From Lepidodermella squamata (lineage: Eukaryota; Animalia; Gastrotricha), in assembly GCA_047495785.1 (NCBI GenBank), contig JBLDXI010000012.1, positions 434,001 to 498,000 of the forward strand: a DNA stretch of 64,000 nt. Reading direction: 5' to 3'. The translations under genes were made by a program, and so were the position numbers. The number at the start of each line of letters is the position of its first letter. Within the stretch, counting starts at the first letter, position 1. Positions 63,973 through 64,000 of this stretch are shown here, piece after piece. The notes under the pieces are model-generated. The model was not told the origin of the DNA and made no database searches. It was given only the letters and a program-made list of their open reading frames with translations.

Positions 63973-64000
63973 CTGATAAAGAAATTGTTTAAGGTAGATT

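Overview
Eukaryotic (invertebrate animal) DNA from a compact genome with ~50-60 nt GT-AG introns; the species cannot be determined from this window. Gene order: two ciliary microtubule-inner-protein genes (CIMIP1/C20orf85-like, NME7), eIF4G, BARD1, a nephrin-like Ig receptor, an ~8.7 kb gene-free stretch, six tandem intronless secreted-peptide precursor genes, a core-histone quartet (H3/H4, H2A/H2B), ten tandem TSPO paralogues, a mitochondrial-type cyclophilin, a LAP1/LULL1-like gene, PP2A B'' subunit, ACAP ArfGAP and two SLC16 transporters, plus several MITE-like elements. Main candidates for new biology: (1) a six-gene family of secreted precursors sharing a ~35 aa C-terminal motif that ends in an amidation signal and that I cannot assign to a known neuropeptide family; (2) a ten-copy TSPO array whose 79-283 nt spacers, each with an unpaired 3' splice acceptor just before the ATG, look like trans-spliced operons; (3) histone genes with an unusual conserved 20-nt downstream element, an H2A.X-like H2A ending SQSQ, and an orphan histone 3' cassette. 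Protein identities come from motif recognition by eye, not database searches; exon boundaries were read manually.
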